A DNA stretch of 63,535 nucleotides, the filler included, from Nemertoderma westbladi (taxonomy: Eukaryota; Animalia; Xenacoelomorpha): assembly GCA_032718475.1 (NCBI GenBank). It is 4 parts of 4 records of this genome, joined end to end, with 100 filler letters (N's around TTAATTAATTAA, not from the genome) between each part and the next. Parts side by side here need not be neighbours in the genome. Positions count along the whole stretch, not along the records: positions 1 to 30,615 come from JAUCBJ010005782.1; positions 30,716 to 42,304 come from JAUCBJ010002092.1; 2 more parts are not named here. The stretch is one strand, 5' to 3'. Below, piece by piece: positions 26,432 to 39,517 of this stretch. The notes beneath the pieces were generated by a model that saw only the letters and a program-made list of their open reading frames with translations, ran no database searches and was not told the origin of the DNA. The first letter of the stretch is position 1; each line of letters begins with the position of its first letter. A program made the translations under genes and the position numbers.

Positions 26432-27369
26432 AAGAAATAATAGGGAAAGTCTGCGGTCCAATCTCGGAAGATAAACTCAAATTTATTAGGATTTTCTGAT
26501 TATCAATTATAGTAATTTGTCAATAATAATTTTATATTCATCATTTAATATTCAATTATCATAATATGTAACGAATAAATATCGATAGCTAAGGAGAAAA
26601 AAACATTGCCAACCTAAAACACATAATTTCATTTTCTAGAATGTATTTCAGTGATACGGCATTGATATCACATGGAGCAACTTTTGTTTCTGCAGCTTGT
26701 TTCTGAAACAAGAGTTGCTCCATGTGAGGGGTAAGCCAAAAGTTGATGGACACACTCAGAAACATTGCGCAACAAGAGTTGGTGTGTGTGAGAGGGTCCC
26801 CAACAAGTTTCAGAAACAAGTTGCAGAAACAAGTTGCTCAGTGTGAGGGGGGGGGGGGGGGGGGGGGGGCTAAGGAGTTCAGAAACAACTTGCTACAACA
26901 TTTTTTAAAAGTTTTATTACATCCAATTTTTCAACTAGCTATATTAGATCATTTGAATGATTTAATATTTTTATTTTATATAAAACGTCTGGAGATTTTG
27001 GATATTTATTTTGAAATAATTGTTATTTTCTCGAGTAACAAGTTTCCCACGCGTGAGGAGCCCAGCAACAAGTTACAGAAACAAATTGCTCCTTGTGAGG
27101 AAGGCCTTACTACTATTAATATTAATATTGAAATTTAGGGTGCTGCTGACGCAGAGTATATAGCTATGTAACTGGTTGATCGTTGGTGAGTTTACTATGC
27201 TGTCAGACCCAGAAATAATGCTGTTTTTGAAATATTTAATAATTTGATGCGACTTCTAGTTTCCGAGATATAGCAATTAATGTGTTACACGCCAGTGTAA
27301 ATATTACTAATTTCACATTGAATCACAGCTTATTGTGAAATTAATTAAATTATTCTGGAACATTACTAT

Positions 27370-28640
27370 ACTAGAAAGGCATTTCCTAAAGGAAATGCAA
27401 CCACGAAGCTAAGGAAAATTAAACAAACCGCCACACTTTGGTTCGTTGCTTAGCCTAGTTTAGTAGCATTTGACAATAATTAACTTCTATTCCCATGGAA
27501 ACTAGAGTTCTGTGGAACTGTTGTTTTAACCTTTGAAAAAAGATTGAGTACAGATTGTGGTTCAGATAACACATATACAAAGTTTCAGAAAATATTGTAG
27601 TTTATGTCCAAATTACCGATTTTCTATCAAAATGCATCTGTTTGTAGTGGTTGTCATGGAAACTGAAAAATAGAACAATGTAATTCGGATGCAGAATAAG
27701 TCATATAGTGGGGGTAGGTGTTGGTCCCAAGTCTTAATAGTATTAACTTGTGCTTCAAATTATCATTTTATAAATTTTAACATCTGTTTAGTCTTGTTGC
27801 TATGGTGACTGGAATTTATAATTAACCTCGAACGGCTTTGATATGGACCTTATAGTTGAGTTGAGAACCCCCAAGTTTATATCTATTGCGGTTTTTCTAC
27901 AAATAGAGTTATGAATATAGACTTGAATGATATAATCTGTAATAAACTCCAGTTACCACGGTAACTATATATTTCTGGAATGATTTGAGTTTCACTAAAA
28001 GTTCCAACTAGTGGTCCAGATAACACATTCCCAGTTTCGTAAAATTTTATCGCGAAGTCTATCTCCAAATGAGTAATTTTTGTATAAAAATATCTGTTTT
28101 CATCGGTTGTCATGGTAACTGCAAAATAAAACAATCAAATTCGGACGCAGAATAAGTTATATAGTGGGGGTAGGGGTTGGTCCCAAGTCATAACACCTTA
28201 ACCTTAGGCTTCAAATTAACATTTTATAAATTTTAACATCTGTTTAGCCCGGTTGCCAAGGTAACTGGATTTTCTATTTAACTTCAATCGGCTCTGCTAT
28301 GGACCTTATAGTTGAGTTGAGAAACCCCAAGTTTATATCTATTATAGTTTTCCTACAAATAGAGTTATAAATATTGACTTGAAATACATAGACTTTTTTC
28401 TAAGTCCGTTGCCATGGAAACCAGATTTTTCCTGGATATGAGACCCATCCCACACGATGCGCCTCGACGAGGAGTACATACATGCAAAATTTCAGGGTAC
28501 TTTTAAAGGCTAGTTTTTTCCGGAATCAAAAAAAACCAAATCTGCCTCACACAAGTAAAATAGCCCACTATGAATAGACCATCTCAGCTAAGGAAAATCT
28601 TTCTTAGCGAAAGTAGTTGATTTTCCTTAGCTTCGTGGAA
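27370..28640 (-). mobile_element. Non-autonomous Helitron/Helentron-like repeat, copy 1
   Basis: Minus-strand end is the hairpin GCATTTCC-TTTA-GGAAATGC followed by CTTTCTAGT; subterminal inverted repeat ccacgaagctaaggaaaa (27401) / ttttccttagcttcgtgg (28621); internal ~0.45-kb duplication. Confidence 0.6.
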
Positions 28641-29200
28641 CTTGCTACTTACTTTTCCCTACTGTTCCTTTTGTTTGGCTTGTGTTATGCAAATTTACGC
28701 AGAATTTCCATAAATAAACATACGATCCGTAAAATAAAATTTTATAGACTTTTTTGGTCATTAATAAGGTATCCAAAATATGTGCTTCGGATTGATTGCG
28801 AAATACTTATTATTGCTAGATTGACTCGACTACTATCCTTCTTTTAATATTACTACAATTGTGCAGTCAATCTACGCAAAAGTAATGTGAACGAGGATAA
28901 TATAAATGCTATTCGAAATATACTTGACAACAACTTGTACAACTTGTATGGAAAAGAAAATTATTCGTACAAATAATAATAAATAAATAAATATGCATAT
29001 AATTTTCAACATTTATAAATAGTTTTTATTATGTTCTACAATACAGTTTTACAAATTTTACAAAATATATCGTTAATGGAACTCTCGTATTATTGAACTC
29101 TGACGCTTTAATCGCTCGTAAACCAAAATCAATGTTGTCTTGTCAATAGAAATTAAAAACACCCCTTTGGACGAGCAATAATAATGTTCTAGATTAATAC

Positions 29201-30391
29201 TAGAAAGGCATTTCCTAAAGGAAATGCAACCACGAAGCTAAGGAAAATTAAACAAAGGGCCACTGCTTAGCCTAGTTTAGTAGCATTTGCCAATAAATAA
29301 CTTATATTCCCATGGAAACTAGAATTCTCTGGAACTGTTGGTTTTACCTTTGAAAAAAGATTCAGTCCAGATTGTGGTTCAGATGACACATATACCGAGT
29401 TTCAGAAATTATTGTAGTTTATGCCCAAATTACCGATTTTCTATCAAAATGCATCTGTTTGCAGTGGTTGTCATGGAAACTGAAAAATAGAACAATGTAA
29501 TTCGGATGCAGAATAAGTCATATAGTGGGGGTAGGTCTTGGTCCCAAGTCATAATACTATTAACTTGTGTTTAAAATTATCATTTTAGAAATTTTAACAT
29601 CTGTTTAGTCTTGTTGCTATGGTAATTGGATTGTGTAATTAACCTCGAATGGATTGTATATGGACCTTACAGATGAGTTGCAAAACCCCAAATTTATATT
29701 TATTACATTATTTTGCTACAAATAGAGTATTGAATTTAGACTTGAATGATATAGACTTTAATAAACTCCAGGTACCATGGTAACAAGATATTTCTGGAAC
29801 GTTTTCAGTTTCACTAAAAGTTCCAACTAATGGTCCAGATAACACATTCCCAGTTTTGTAAAATTTTATCGTGAAGTCTATGTCCAAATGAATAAGTTTT
29901 GAATAAAAACATCTGTTTTCAGCGGTTGTCATGGTAACTGAAAAATAGAACAATGTAATTCGGATGCAGAATAAGTTATATAGTGAGGGTAGGGGTTGGT
30001 CCCAAGTCATAACACCTTGCCCTTAGGCCTCAAATTAACATTTTATAAATTTTAACATCTGTTTATCCCGGTTGCCAAGGTAACTGGATTTTCTATTTAG
30101 CCTCAATCGGATCTGCTATGGACCTTATAGTTGTGTTGCGAAACCCCAAGTTTTATATCTATTATAGTTTTCCTACAAATAGAGTTATAAATATTGACTT
30201 GAAATACATAGACTTTTTTCTATGTCCGTTGCCATGGAAACCAGATTTTTCCTGGATATGACACCCAGCCCAAAAGATGCGCCTCGACGAGAAGTATATA
30301 CAAGCAAAATTTCAGGGTACTTTTAAAGGCTAGTTTTTTCACCTATCAAAAAACCCCAAATCTGCCTCATACAAGTAAAATAGCCCACTAT
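29201..30391 (-). mobile_element. Same Helitron-like repeat, copy 2 (truncated at the right end)
   Basis: Aligns to 27371..28570; flanked by ttctagattaatac direct repeats. Confidence 0.65.
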
Positions 30392-30615
30392 TTCTAGATT
30401 AATACAATAAACATCATTGTGGAGTGAGCCAAGACATAAGATATGCATTTACGTCTCCCTATAATGAACCGTCTCTCGTTGTTGTCATATTTGTCGTAAA
30501 ATATATCGTAATACATCAGATTTATGTGTAATCTATTGTTACAGATTGGAATCCTTGCAACTTTGCACGTTACCACTGCCCTCGCTGTGTTTGTACTGTA
30601 TTGCTTTTATTGCAT

Positions 30616-30715
30616 NNNNNNNNNNNNNNNNNNNNNNNNNNNNNNNNNNNNNNNNNNNNTTAATTAATTAANNNNNNNNNNNNNNNNNNNNNNNNNNNNN
30701 NNNNNNNNNNNNNNN
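30616..30715. other. Assembly gap with an artificial TTAATTAATTAA linker
   Basis: N run, linker, N run; 100 bp in total; the same structure occurs at all three gaps. Confidence 0.97.
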
Positions 30716-33700
30716 CGATCCAGTCCAATATACTAACCTCAATGAGTTTGTTTCTGTATATCGATCTAGTCCAATATACTAACCTCAATGAGTTTGTTTC
30801 TGTATAACGATCTAGTCCAATATACTAACCTCAATGAGTTTGTTTCTGTAGATCGATCCAGTCCAATATACTAACCTCAATGAGTTTGTTTCTGTATATC
30901 GATCTAGTCCAATATACTAACCTCAATGAGTTTGTTTCTGTATATCGATCCAGTCCAATATACTAACCTCAATGAGTTTGTTTCTGTAGATCGATCCAGT
31001 CCAATATACTAACCTCAATGAGTTTGTTTCTGTAGATCTATCCAGTCCAATATACTAACCTCAATGAGTTTGTTTCTGTATATCGATCTAGTCCGATATA
31101 CTAACCTCAATGAGTTTGTTTCTGTATATCGATCCAGTCCAATATACTAACCTCAATGAGTTTGTTTCTGTAGATCGATCCAGTCCAATATACTAACCTC
31201 AATGAGTTTGTTTCTGTATATCGATCTAGTCCAATATACTAACCTCAATGAGTTTGTTTCTGTATATCGATCTAGTCCAATATACTAACCTCAATGAGTT
31301 TGTTTCTGTAGATCGATCTAGTCCAATATACTAACCTCAATGAGTTTGTTTCTGTATAACGATCTAGTCCAATATACTAACCTCAATGAGTTTGTTTCTG
31401 TAGATCGATCCAGTCCAATATACTAACCTCAATGAGTTTGTTTCTGTATATCGATCTAGTCCGATATACTAACCTCAATGAGTTTGTTTCTGTATATCGA
31501 TCCAGTCCAATATACTAACCTCAATGAGTTTGTTTCTGTAGATCGATCCAGTCCAATATACTAACCTCAATGAGTTTGTTTCTGTATATCGATCTAGTCC
31601 AATATACTAACCTCAATGAGTTTGTTTCTGTATATCGATCTAGTCCAATATACTAACCTCAATGAGTTTGTTTCTGTAGATCGATCCAGTCCAATATACT
31701 AACCTCAATGAGTTTGTTTCTGTATATCGATCTAGTCCAATATACTAACCTCAATGAGTTTGTTTCTGTATATCGATCCAGTCCAATATACTAACCTCAA
31801 TGAGTTTGTTTCTGTAGATCGATCCAGTCCAATATACTAACCTCAATGAGTTTGTTTCTGTAGATCTATCCAGTCCAATATACTAACCTCAATGAGTTTG
31901 TTTCTGTATATCGATCCAGTCCAATATACTAACCTCAAAGAGTTTGTTTCTGTAGATCGATCCAGTCCAATATACTAACCTCAATGAGTTTGTTTCTGTA
32001 TATCGATCCAGTCCAATATACTAACCTCAATGAGTTTGTTTCTGTAGATCTATCCAGTCCAATATACTAACCTCAATGAGTTTGTTTCTGTATATCGATC
32101 CAGTCCAATATACTAACCTCAATGAGTTTGTTTCTGTATATCGATCCAGTCCAATATACTAACCTCAATGAGTTTGTTTCTGTAGATCGATCCAGTCCAA
32201 TATACTAACCTCAATGAGTTTGTTTCTGTATATCGATCCAGTCCAATATACTAACCTCAATGAGTTTGTTTCTGTATATCGATCCAGTCCAATATACTAA
32301 CCTCAATGAGTTTGTTTCTGTATATCGATCCAGTCCAATATACTAACCTCAATGAGTTTGTTTCTGTATATCGATCCAGTCCAATATACTAACCTCTATG
32401 AGTTTGTTTCTGTATATCGATCCAGTCCAATATACTAACCTCAATAAGTTTGTTTCTGTAGATCGATCCAGTCCAATATACTAACCTCAATGAGTTTGTT
32501 TCTGTATATCGATCCAGTCCAATATACTAACCTCAATGAGTTTGTTTCTGTATATCGATCCAGTCCAATATACTAACCTCAATAAGTTTGTTTCTGTAGA
32601 TCTATCCAGTCCAATATACTAACCTCAATGAGTTTGTTTCTGTAGATCGATCCAGTCCAATATACTAACCTCAATGAGTTTGTTTCTGTATATCGATCCA
32701 GTCCAATATACTAACCTCTATGAGTTTGTTTCTGTATATCGATCCAGTCCAATATACTAACCTCAATAAGTTTGTTTCTGTAGATCGATCCAGTCCAATA
32801 TACTAACCTCAATGAGTTTGTTTTTGTATATCGATCCAGTCCAATATACTAACCTCAATGAGTTTGTTTCTGTATATCGATCTAGTCCAATATACTAACC
32901 TCAATGAGTTTGTTTCTGTATATCGATCTAGTCCAATATACTAACCTCAATGAGTTTGTTTCTGTAGATCGATCCAGTCCAATATACTAACCTCAATGAG
33001 TTTGTTTCTGTAGATCTATCCAGTCCAATATACTAACCTCAATGAGTTTGTTTCTGTATATCGATCCAGTCCAATATACTAACCTCAAAGAGTTTGTTTC
33101 TGTAGATCGATCCAGTCCAATATACTAACCTCAATGAGTTTGTTTCTGTATATCGATCCAGTCCAATATACTAACCTCAATGAGTTTGTTTCTGTAGATC
33201 TATCCAGTCCAATATACTAACCTCAATGAGTTTGTTTCTGTATATCGATCCAGTCCAATATACTAACCTCAATGAGTTTGTTTCTGTATATCGATCCAGT
33301 CCAATATACTAACCTCAATGAGTTTGTTTCTGTAGATCGATCCAGTCCAATATACTAACCTCAATGAGTTTGTTTCTGTATATCGATCCAGTCCAATATA
33401 CTAACCTCAATGAGTTTGTTTCTGTATATCGATCCAGTCCAATATACTAACCTCAATGAGTTTGTTTCTGTATATCGATCCAGTCCAATATACTAACCTC
33501 AATGAGTTTGTTTCTGTATATCGATCCAGTCCAATATACTAACCTCTATGAGTTTGTTTCTGTATATCGATCCAGTCCAATATACTAACCTCAATAAGTT
33601 TGTTTCTGTAGATCGATCCAGTCCAATATACTAACCTCAATGAGTTTGTTTCTGTATATCGATCCAGTCCAATATACTAACCTCAATGAGTTTGTTTCTG

Positions 33701-35455
33701 TATATCGATCCAGTCCAATATACTAACCTCAATAAGTTTGTTTCTGTAGATCTATCCAGTCCAATATACTAACCTCAATGAGTTTGTTTCTGTATATCGA
33801 TCCAGTCCAATATACTAACCTCAATGAGTTTGTTTCTGTAGATCTATCCAGTCCAATATACTAACCTCAATAAGTTTGTTTCTGTAGATCTATCCAGTCC
33901 AATATACTAACCTCAATAAGTTTGTTTCTGTATATCGATCCAGTCCAATATACTAACCTCAATGAGTTTGTTTCTGTATATCGATCCAGTCCAATATACT
34001 AACCTCAATAAGTTTGTTTCTGTAGATCTATCCAGTCCAATATACTAACCTCAATGAGTTTGTTTCTGTAGATCTATCCAGTCCAATATACTAACCTCAA
34101 TGAGTTTGTTTCTGTATATCGATCCAGTCCAATATACTAACCTCAATGAGTTTGTTTCTGTATATCGATCCAGTCCAATATACTAACCTCAATGAGTTTG
34201 TTTCTGTAGATCTATCCAGTCCAATATACTAACCTCAATGAGTTTGTTTCTGTAGATCTATCCAGTCCAATATACTAACCTCAATGAGTTTGTTTCTGTA
34301 TATCGATCCAGTCCAATATACTAACCTCAATGAGTTTGTTTCTGTAGATCGATCCAGTCCAATATACTAACCTCAATGAGTTTGTTTCTGTATATCGATC
34401 CAGTCCAATATACTAACCTCAATGAGTTTGTTTCTGTATATCGATCCAGTCCAATATACTAACCTCAATGAGTTTGTTTCTGTAGATCTATCCAGTCCAA
34501 TATACTAACCTCAATGAGTTTGTTTCTGTACATCGATCCAGTCCAATATACTAACCTCAATGAGTTTGTTTCTGTAGATCGATCCAGTTCAATATACTAA
34601 CCTCAATGAGTTTGTTTCTGTAGATCGATCCAGTCCAATATACTGACCTCAATGAGTTTGTTTCTGTAGATCGATCCAGTCCAATATACTAACCTCAATG
34701 AGTTTGTTTCTGTAGATCGATCCAGTCCAATATACTAACCTCAATGAGTTTGTTTCTGTAGATCTATCCAGTCCAATATACTAACCTCAATGAGTTTGTT
34801 TCTGTAGATCGATCCAGTCCAATATACTAACCTCAATGAGTTTGTTTCTGTATATCGATCCAGTCCAATATACTAACCTCAATGAGTTTGTTTCTGTAGA
34901 TCGATCCAGTCCAATATACTAACCTCAATGAGTTTGTTTCTGTAGATCGATCCAGTCCAATATACTAACCTCAATGAGTTTGTTTCTGTATATCGATCCA
35001 GTCCAATATACTAACCTCTATGAGTTTGTTTCTGTATATCGATCCAGTCCAATATACTAACCTCAATAAGTTTGTTTCTGTAGATCGATCCAGTCCAATA
35101 TACTAACCTCAATGAGTTTGTTTTTGTATATCGATCCAGTCCAATATACTAACCTCAATGAGTTTGTTTCTGTAGATCGATCTAGTCCAATATACTAACC
35201 TCAATGAGTTTGTTTCTGTATATCGATCCAGTCCAATATACTAACCTCAATGAGTTTGTTTCTGTAGATCGATCCAGTCCAATATACTAACCTCAATGAG
35301 TTTGTTTCTGTATATCGATCCAGTCCAATATACTAACCTCAATTAGTTTGTTTCTGTAGATCGATCCAGTCCAATATACTAACCTCAATGAGTTTTTTTC
35401 TGTATATCGATCCAGTCCAATATACTATACTAACCTCAATGAGTTTGTTTCTGTA
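30716..35455 (-). repeat. 46-bp intronic minisatellite (~102 units or more, runs into the gap) built from a cystatin exon end plus splice donor
   Basis: Minus-strand unit tacagaaacaaactcattgag|gttagtatattggactggatcgata; the first 21 nt are the last 7 codons (YRNKLIE) of exon 35435..35558. Confidence 0.97.
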
Positions 35456-35558
35456 TTTGTATCCCTCACTCTTATCAACATGTTCGACTGTAAACTTGGC
35501 AACATTGATAACTTCTTCAGTGACATCACTATCTTTTATACCACCCGGCATGGTTTTC
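35435..35558 (-). CDS. Multicystatin exon C: N-terminal half of cystatin domain 2
   Basis: cag|G AAA ACC ATG..., KTMPGGIKDSDVTEEVINVAKFTVEHVDKSEGYKYRNKLIE|gttagt; the phase-2 acceptor matches the phase-2 donor at 39517; close paralogue of exon 39877..40013. Confidence 0.85.
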
Positions 35559-35585
35559 CTGCCAATAATAGGTTTTTATTCCAAA

Positions 35586-36092
35586 ATTGTGGGGCGAGCC
35601 ACGAAGTTGGCGGAGCCTTAGCGAATTGACACTGTTAGGGGGTGGGTCAATTTATGCAAATAGTTGTCGTCGTCGTCGTCGTTGTCGTCGTCGTCGTTGT
35701 CGTCGTCGTTGTCGTCGTCGTTACGATTTTGACATGCTAATAACTTTGTCGGATTTAAAGCTGCCAAGTTGAAAATTTGTAGGTATCAATATGAGCAAAA
35801 GTTGAGATTTTTGAGAGACTTTCAGACACCATCAGTGCAATGGTCTCCCGCTAGAGGGCCACATGTCTAAACATTAAATGCCCTCCCATTTCTTTGCTTT
35901 TAATCCGTTTAAGCTGAAACTTGGCAGACATGTATTAGACCATTAGTTGTGACTTTCAAAGGAGGCAAATCCATCTGCAAATCCATCTGCCGCTAGAGGG
36001 CCAACGTGACTATTTGCATAAATTGACCTACCCCCTAACAGTGTCAATTCGCTAAGGCTCTGCCAACTTCGTGCTGCGCGAAGTCCCACTTC
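35586..36092. mobile_element. Inverted-repeat element with an internal (CGT)n microsatellite (Helentron/HINE-like or MITE)
   Basis: ~65-bp inverted repeat (35600-35663 vs 36010-36073); related tgtggggcgagc ends at 57136 and 62357. Confidence 0.65.
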
Positions 36093-36338
36093 GTGTAACA
36101 TTATACTCAACGCCGTTAGTATTGACAGTGAGTTGTTATTAAGCACTTTACAACCTCTTAGAGGACATTACAGCATTGTATTGGCCTGTACATTTAGTAT
36201 TGTATTGGGTGTTGTAATTTCCCTTGTTTATGTGGTAACCAGTGACGGCGAGCTGTAAAGTTACGGCGTCATTGGTTACCATGTAAACAATAGGTGGCAT
36301 TTATAATTAATTGCCTGATAGCCAGATAGGCCTACTGC

Positions 36339-38674
36339 TAGGGTGTTCTAAAAAAACACCTTTTCCTCAGAATTCAGGTGCACTCTATTTAGCGTGTGTG
36401 ATTTGGTGCTCAATCATCATTTTTCAAGTAAAAAGCCGATTACTCAAAATTTAGACCCCCCGCAGCCCAAAAAATCTCAAAATTTTGAAAAAAAATACGA
36501 TAATTTTTGAAAATTTTGAGTGTGAAACTGTGAAAATGTGTGAAAAAGTGTGAAATTTTTATGGTGCACTCACCGATTTAAGGTGAAATCACCATTTGAA
36601 GCTCATAGTTCAATATAAGGATACAGATGGACATTAATAAAACCCCCCGCACCCCAAAAATGTGTAAATTTTTGCAAAAATTTCAAAAAACTCTTAAATA
36701 ATTTTTTAATATCTTAACATTAATAATTAATTTTTTTCTTGGAATTTAGGTGCACTCTATTTTTGGTGTGTGATTTGGTACACAATCATCATATGTTAGG
36801 TAAAAAGCCGATTACTCAATATTTGAACCCCCCCCGCAGGCAGCGCGAAAAATTGCAAAATTTTGCAAAAATTCTAAAATGCTCGAAAATAATATTCTGT
36901 GACACCGCGTTTATTTATTTTATAATTCCAAATGTGGTGATAGGAACCGCCATCACAATTTCAATCCTAAATTAAATTTACCATTATTTAAGATATTTAT
37001 ATATTTATTTTAGAGTTATGTAATCAGTTTTTTATATTGCCAATACAAAAACACCACAACCTAAGTAAGGAACGTAAGGACTTACGATTGTTTACTTCTT
37101 AAAGTCATGGAACATCTTTCTGCGATGTTCAACCACCTGCAGCAAATATTTCATTTGCTGCTCGTCTCGTGATCTTTCTATAAAGTCCTGAATCAACCTC
37201 ACGCCACGCTCAGCAGGATCATTAACAACCTTAAGGTCCTGAACAAACATGCATAATCAGGTTCTTTAAATCCTTGATGCTCATTCCATTCGGACGTCGG
37301 TTTTTTTTTAAGAAAGTCCGTGGTCCGTGTCAATTCCCAGAGCATCAAAGACAAACCATGATTAAGGGCCGATAAGGTCACTCAGGCAGTCAGGCGTGTG
37401 CTGGGTAAAATAATAGGCATTACAGGTTTCCCAAGAGGTAACTCTACAGGATGTGGCGCACGGAGCAGAGTTGACGACATTGATCACTACATTATCAGCC
37501 ACACGATCAGAGCAAAGCGTGAATACAATACACTCCGCAGTCAAATACCAGTGATGGTTGGATAACCTCAAGGCAGCTTCAGCTACTTCAGCGTCAATCA
37601 TCCTTAGATCTTGAAGCTCAAGCCAGAACTCCAAGTCATTCAGTGGTGCATCTGCCGCAGAGGTACAATGCAGCCACTTTCGAACATACTATAGCATAGT
37701 AAAAGTGTAATGTCTTTGCAGCAATGAAACCATCGCCTTGGAGTAATGAGCTTGTTCACAGAAAGCCAGCATCTTAGCAGGGTAAATAATGGCGGGCACA
37801 CAGTGAGCATGATTAGCAGCCCCTGGTCTCAACCATCGAACTCCCCTTGGGGGCTCCTTGCCCAACAATATCATTGCCAACTCGGCAGATTTACGATAAT
37901 CATTCCTTGGCATGATCTCCTGTAGTCAGGATCTCATTTAGCGTCTCAGTCACACGTTTTCGTAGCAATGCAAGTGCCTTACCCCTAATTTTTAAAGTCT
38001 CATACGACTCCAGGTTTAGAGTGTCCCATACACTATCACGAAAACTAACAAATTGTGGATCAGCTGGACTTGACGTCTTTTCAAACAGCGACCTGTATGC
38101 AGCACCCATAACGAGTTCGTAGACATGGTGGCAACAGGCTAGCCACAACATTTCTGTTTGAGGGAATTTCCCTACAAAACACAAGCTCCACTAATCCAGC
38201 CAGAATTGGTATCAGTGGTATAGAATACTAAACCTCGCAGACAACCAGCCAGCTGCCATTCATCAACTAGAGTCTCAACTAGAGACCTTTTGAGTTGGTT
38301 ATATATGTGGCACACCAAGGAGCTTTCCCGCTTTATAATGACGCATGCCAGACACAAGAACATTAATAATTGTAGTATGTTAAAAATGTTATTTTTGAGC
38401 GTTTTGAAATTTTTGCAAAAATTTTCACATTTTTGGGGTGCGGGATGGTTTTTATTAATCTCCAAATGTATCCTTATTTGCAATATGAGCGTCAAATGGT
38501 GGTTTCACCTTAAATTAGCGAGTTTCAAAATTTTGAGGTTTTTTGGGCTGCGGGGGGTCTAAATTTTGAGTAATCGGATTTTTACTTAAAATATGATAAT
38601 TGAGCACCAAATCACACAACAAAATTAGAGTGCACCTAAATTCCAAGGAAAAGGTGTTTTTTCAGAACACCCTA
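36339..38674 (-). mobile_element. hAT-superfamily (hATm-like) DNA transposon with a decayed, N-terminally deleted transposase, inside a cystatin intron
   Basis: TIRs TAGGGTGTTCT...AGAACACCCTA (over 150 bp); perfect 9-bp TSD gcctactgc; frameshifted peptides LVFYTTDTNSG..GAC, WLACCHHVYEL, PRNDY, PGAANHA, HHWYL, VVNDPAERGV across 37100-38290. Confidence 0.88.
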
Positions 38675-38926
38675 GCCTACTGCATTACCTACCGGTAGCT
38701 ATTAATAACCAAGAGCTATAAACTATTAAAATGGCTCCAAACGCCACCATAAATATAAGATAACTTTTCATAACAAAATTTCAAACGCCACCATAAATAT
38801 AAGCTAACTTTTTATAACAAAATTTATGTCATTTTTACATTTATTTATACAGCAACTAATTTAATTTGTGCAGTTTCTATCACTTATAATGTATATACAA
38901 TAATTTCGTAATGTTACTCTGTAATA

Positions 38927-39073
38927 ACTATTTACATACTTGTGTGTAAAGTATCACTTTACAGGGTGATGATCCTCGTGCCTTTATTTTCACTCACTCA
39001 CTAACGTTCGTTCGTGTAACAAAACCACTCGGATCATCACAGTGCTACTTTACACACAAGTATGTAAATAGTT
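38927..39073. mobile_element. ~145-bp palindromic mini-element, same family as 13845..14102
   Basis: aactatttacatacttgtgtgtaaagtatcact ... agtgctactttacacacaagtatgtaaatagtt. Confidence 0.7.
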
Positions 39074-39517
39074 TTTACATAAAGCTCAGAAACATTATCC
39101 TTTGGGGGTGTACACAATGTGCAGCTATATAGATAGATAATTGGGCTAAATTAAAATATTATAATAATAATTCTCGTATTGTTAAACTAATGGTATACTA
39201 GTTGACGAGTTACATGTCAATTAATTAATTATTCATTAAAAATGGCTGAGAAGATGTTAAATGGTTGTGGTAGATCCCATAAAGGCTGATGAGAGACGCG
39301 AGACATCATCAAAATATCCACAAACAGTGACCATATTGTCATATTAACTACGTCCATTACCGTATCAAATAATTTATTGTGGCCAATGACGATACGAATA
39401 TTTGTGTAGTGTCATATATGTGGGAATTTATTGTATTGTGTGTCTGTTTGTAGCCTTAAAGTAGCCATGATATAACTTTATGTAAATGGTAAACATTATT
39501 GTATATGGTAAACATAC

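Larger units (their letters stand above)
24400..26720 (+). repeat. Segmental duplication unit, copy 3
   Basis: Near-identical to copies 1 and 2 with small indels. Confidence 0.95.

Noticed and set aside
30536-30613. Minus-strand AIKAIQYKHSEGSGNVQSCKDSNL* as the end of cystatin domain 2
   Set aside because: Only the SCxD resemblance; no PW motif and it lies across an assembly gap
30660-30671. TTAATTAATTAA palindrome (also inside the other two gaps)
   Set aside because: Identical motif centred in N runs with stops in all six frames; a scaffolding linker, not biology
35587-35772. Arg-rich ORF resembling a protamine
   Set aside because: It is the (CGT)n microsatellite inside a repeat element and has no promoter context
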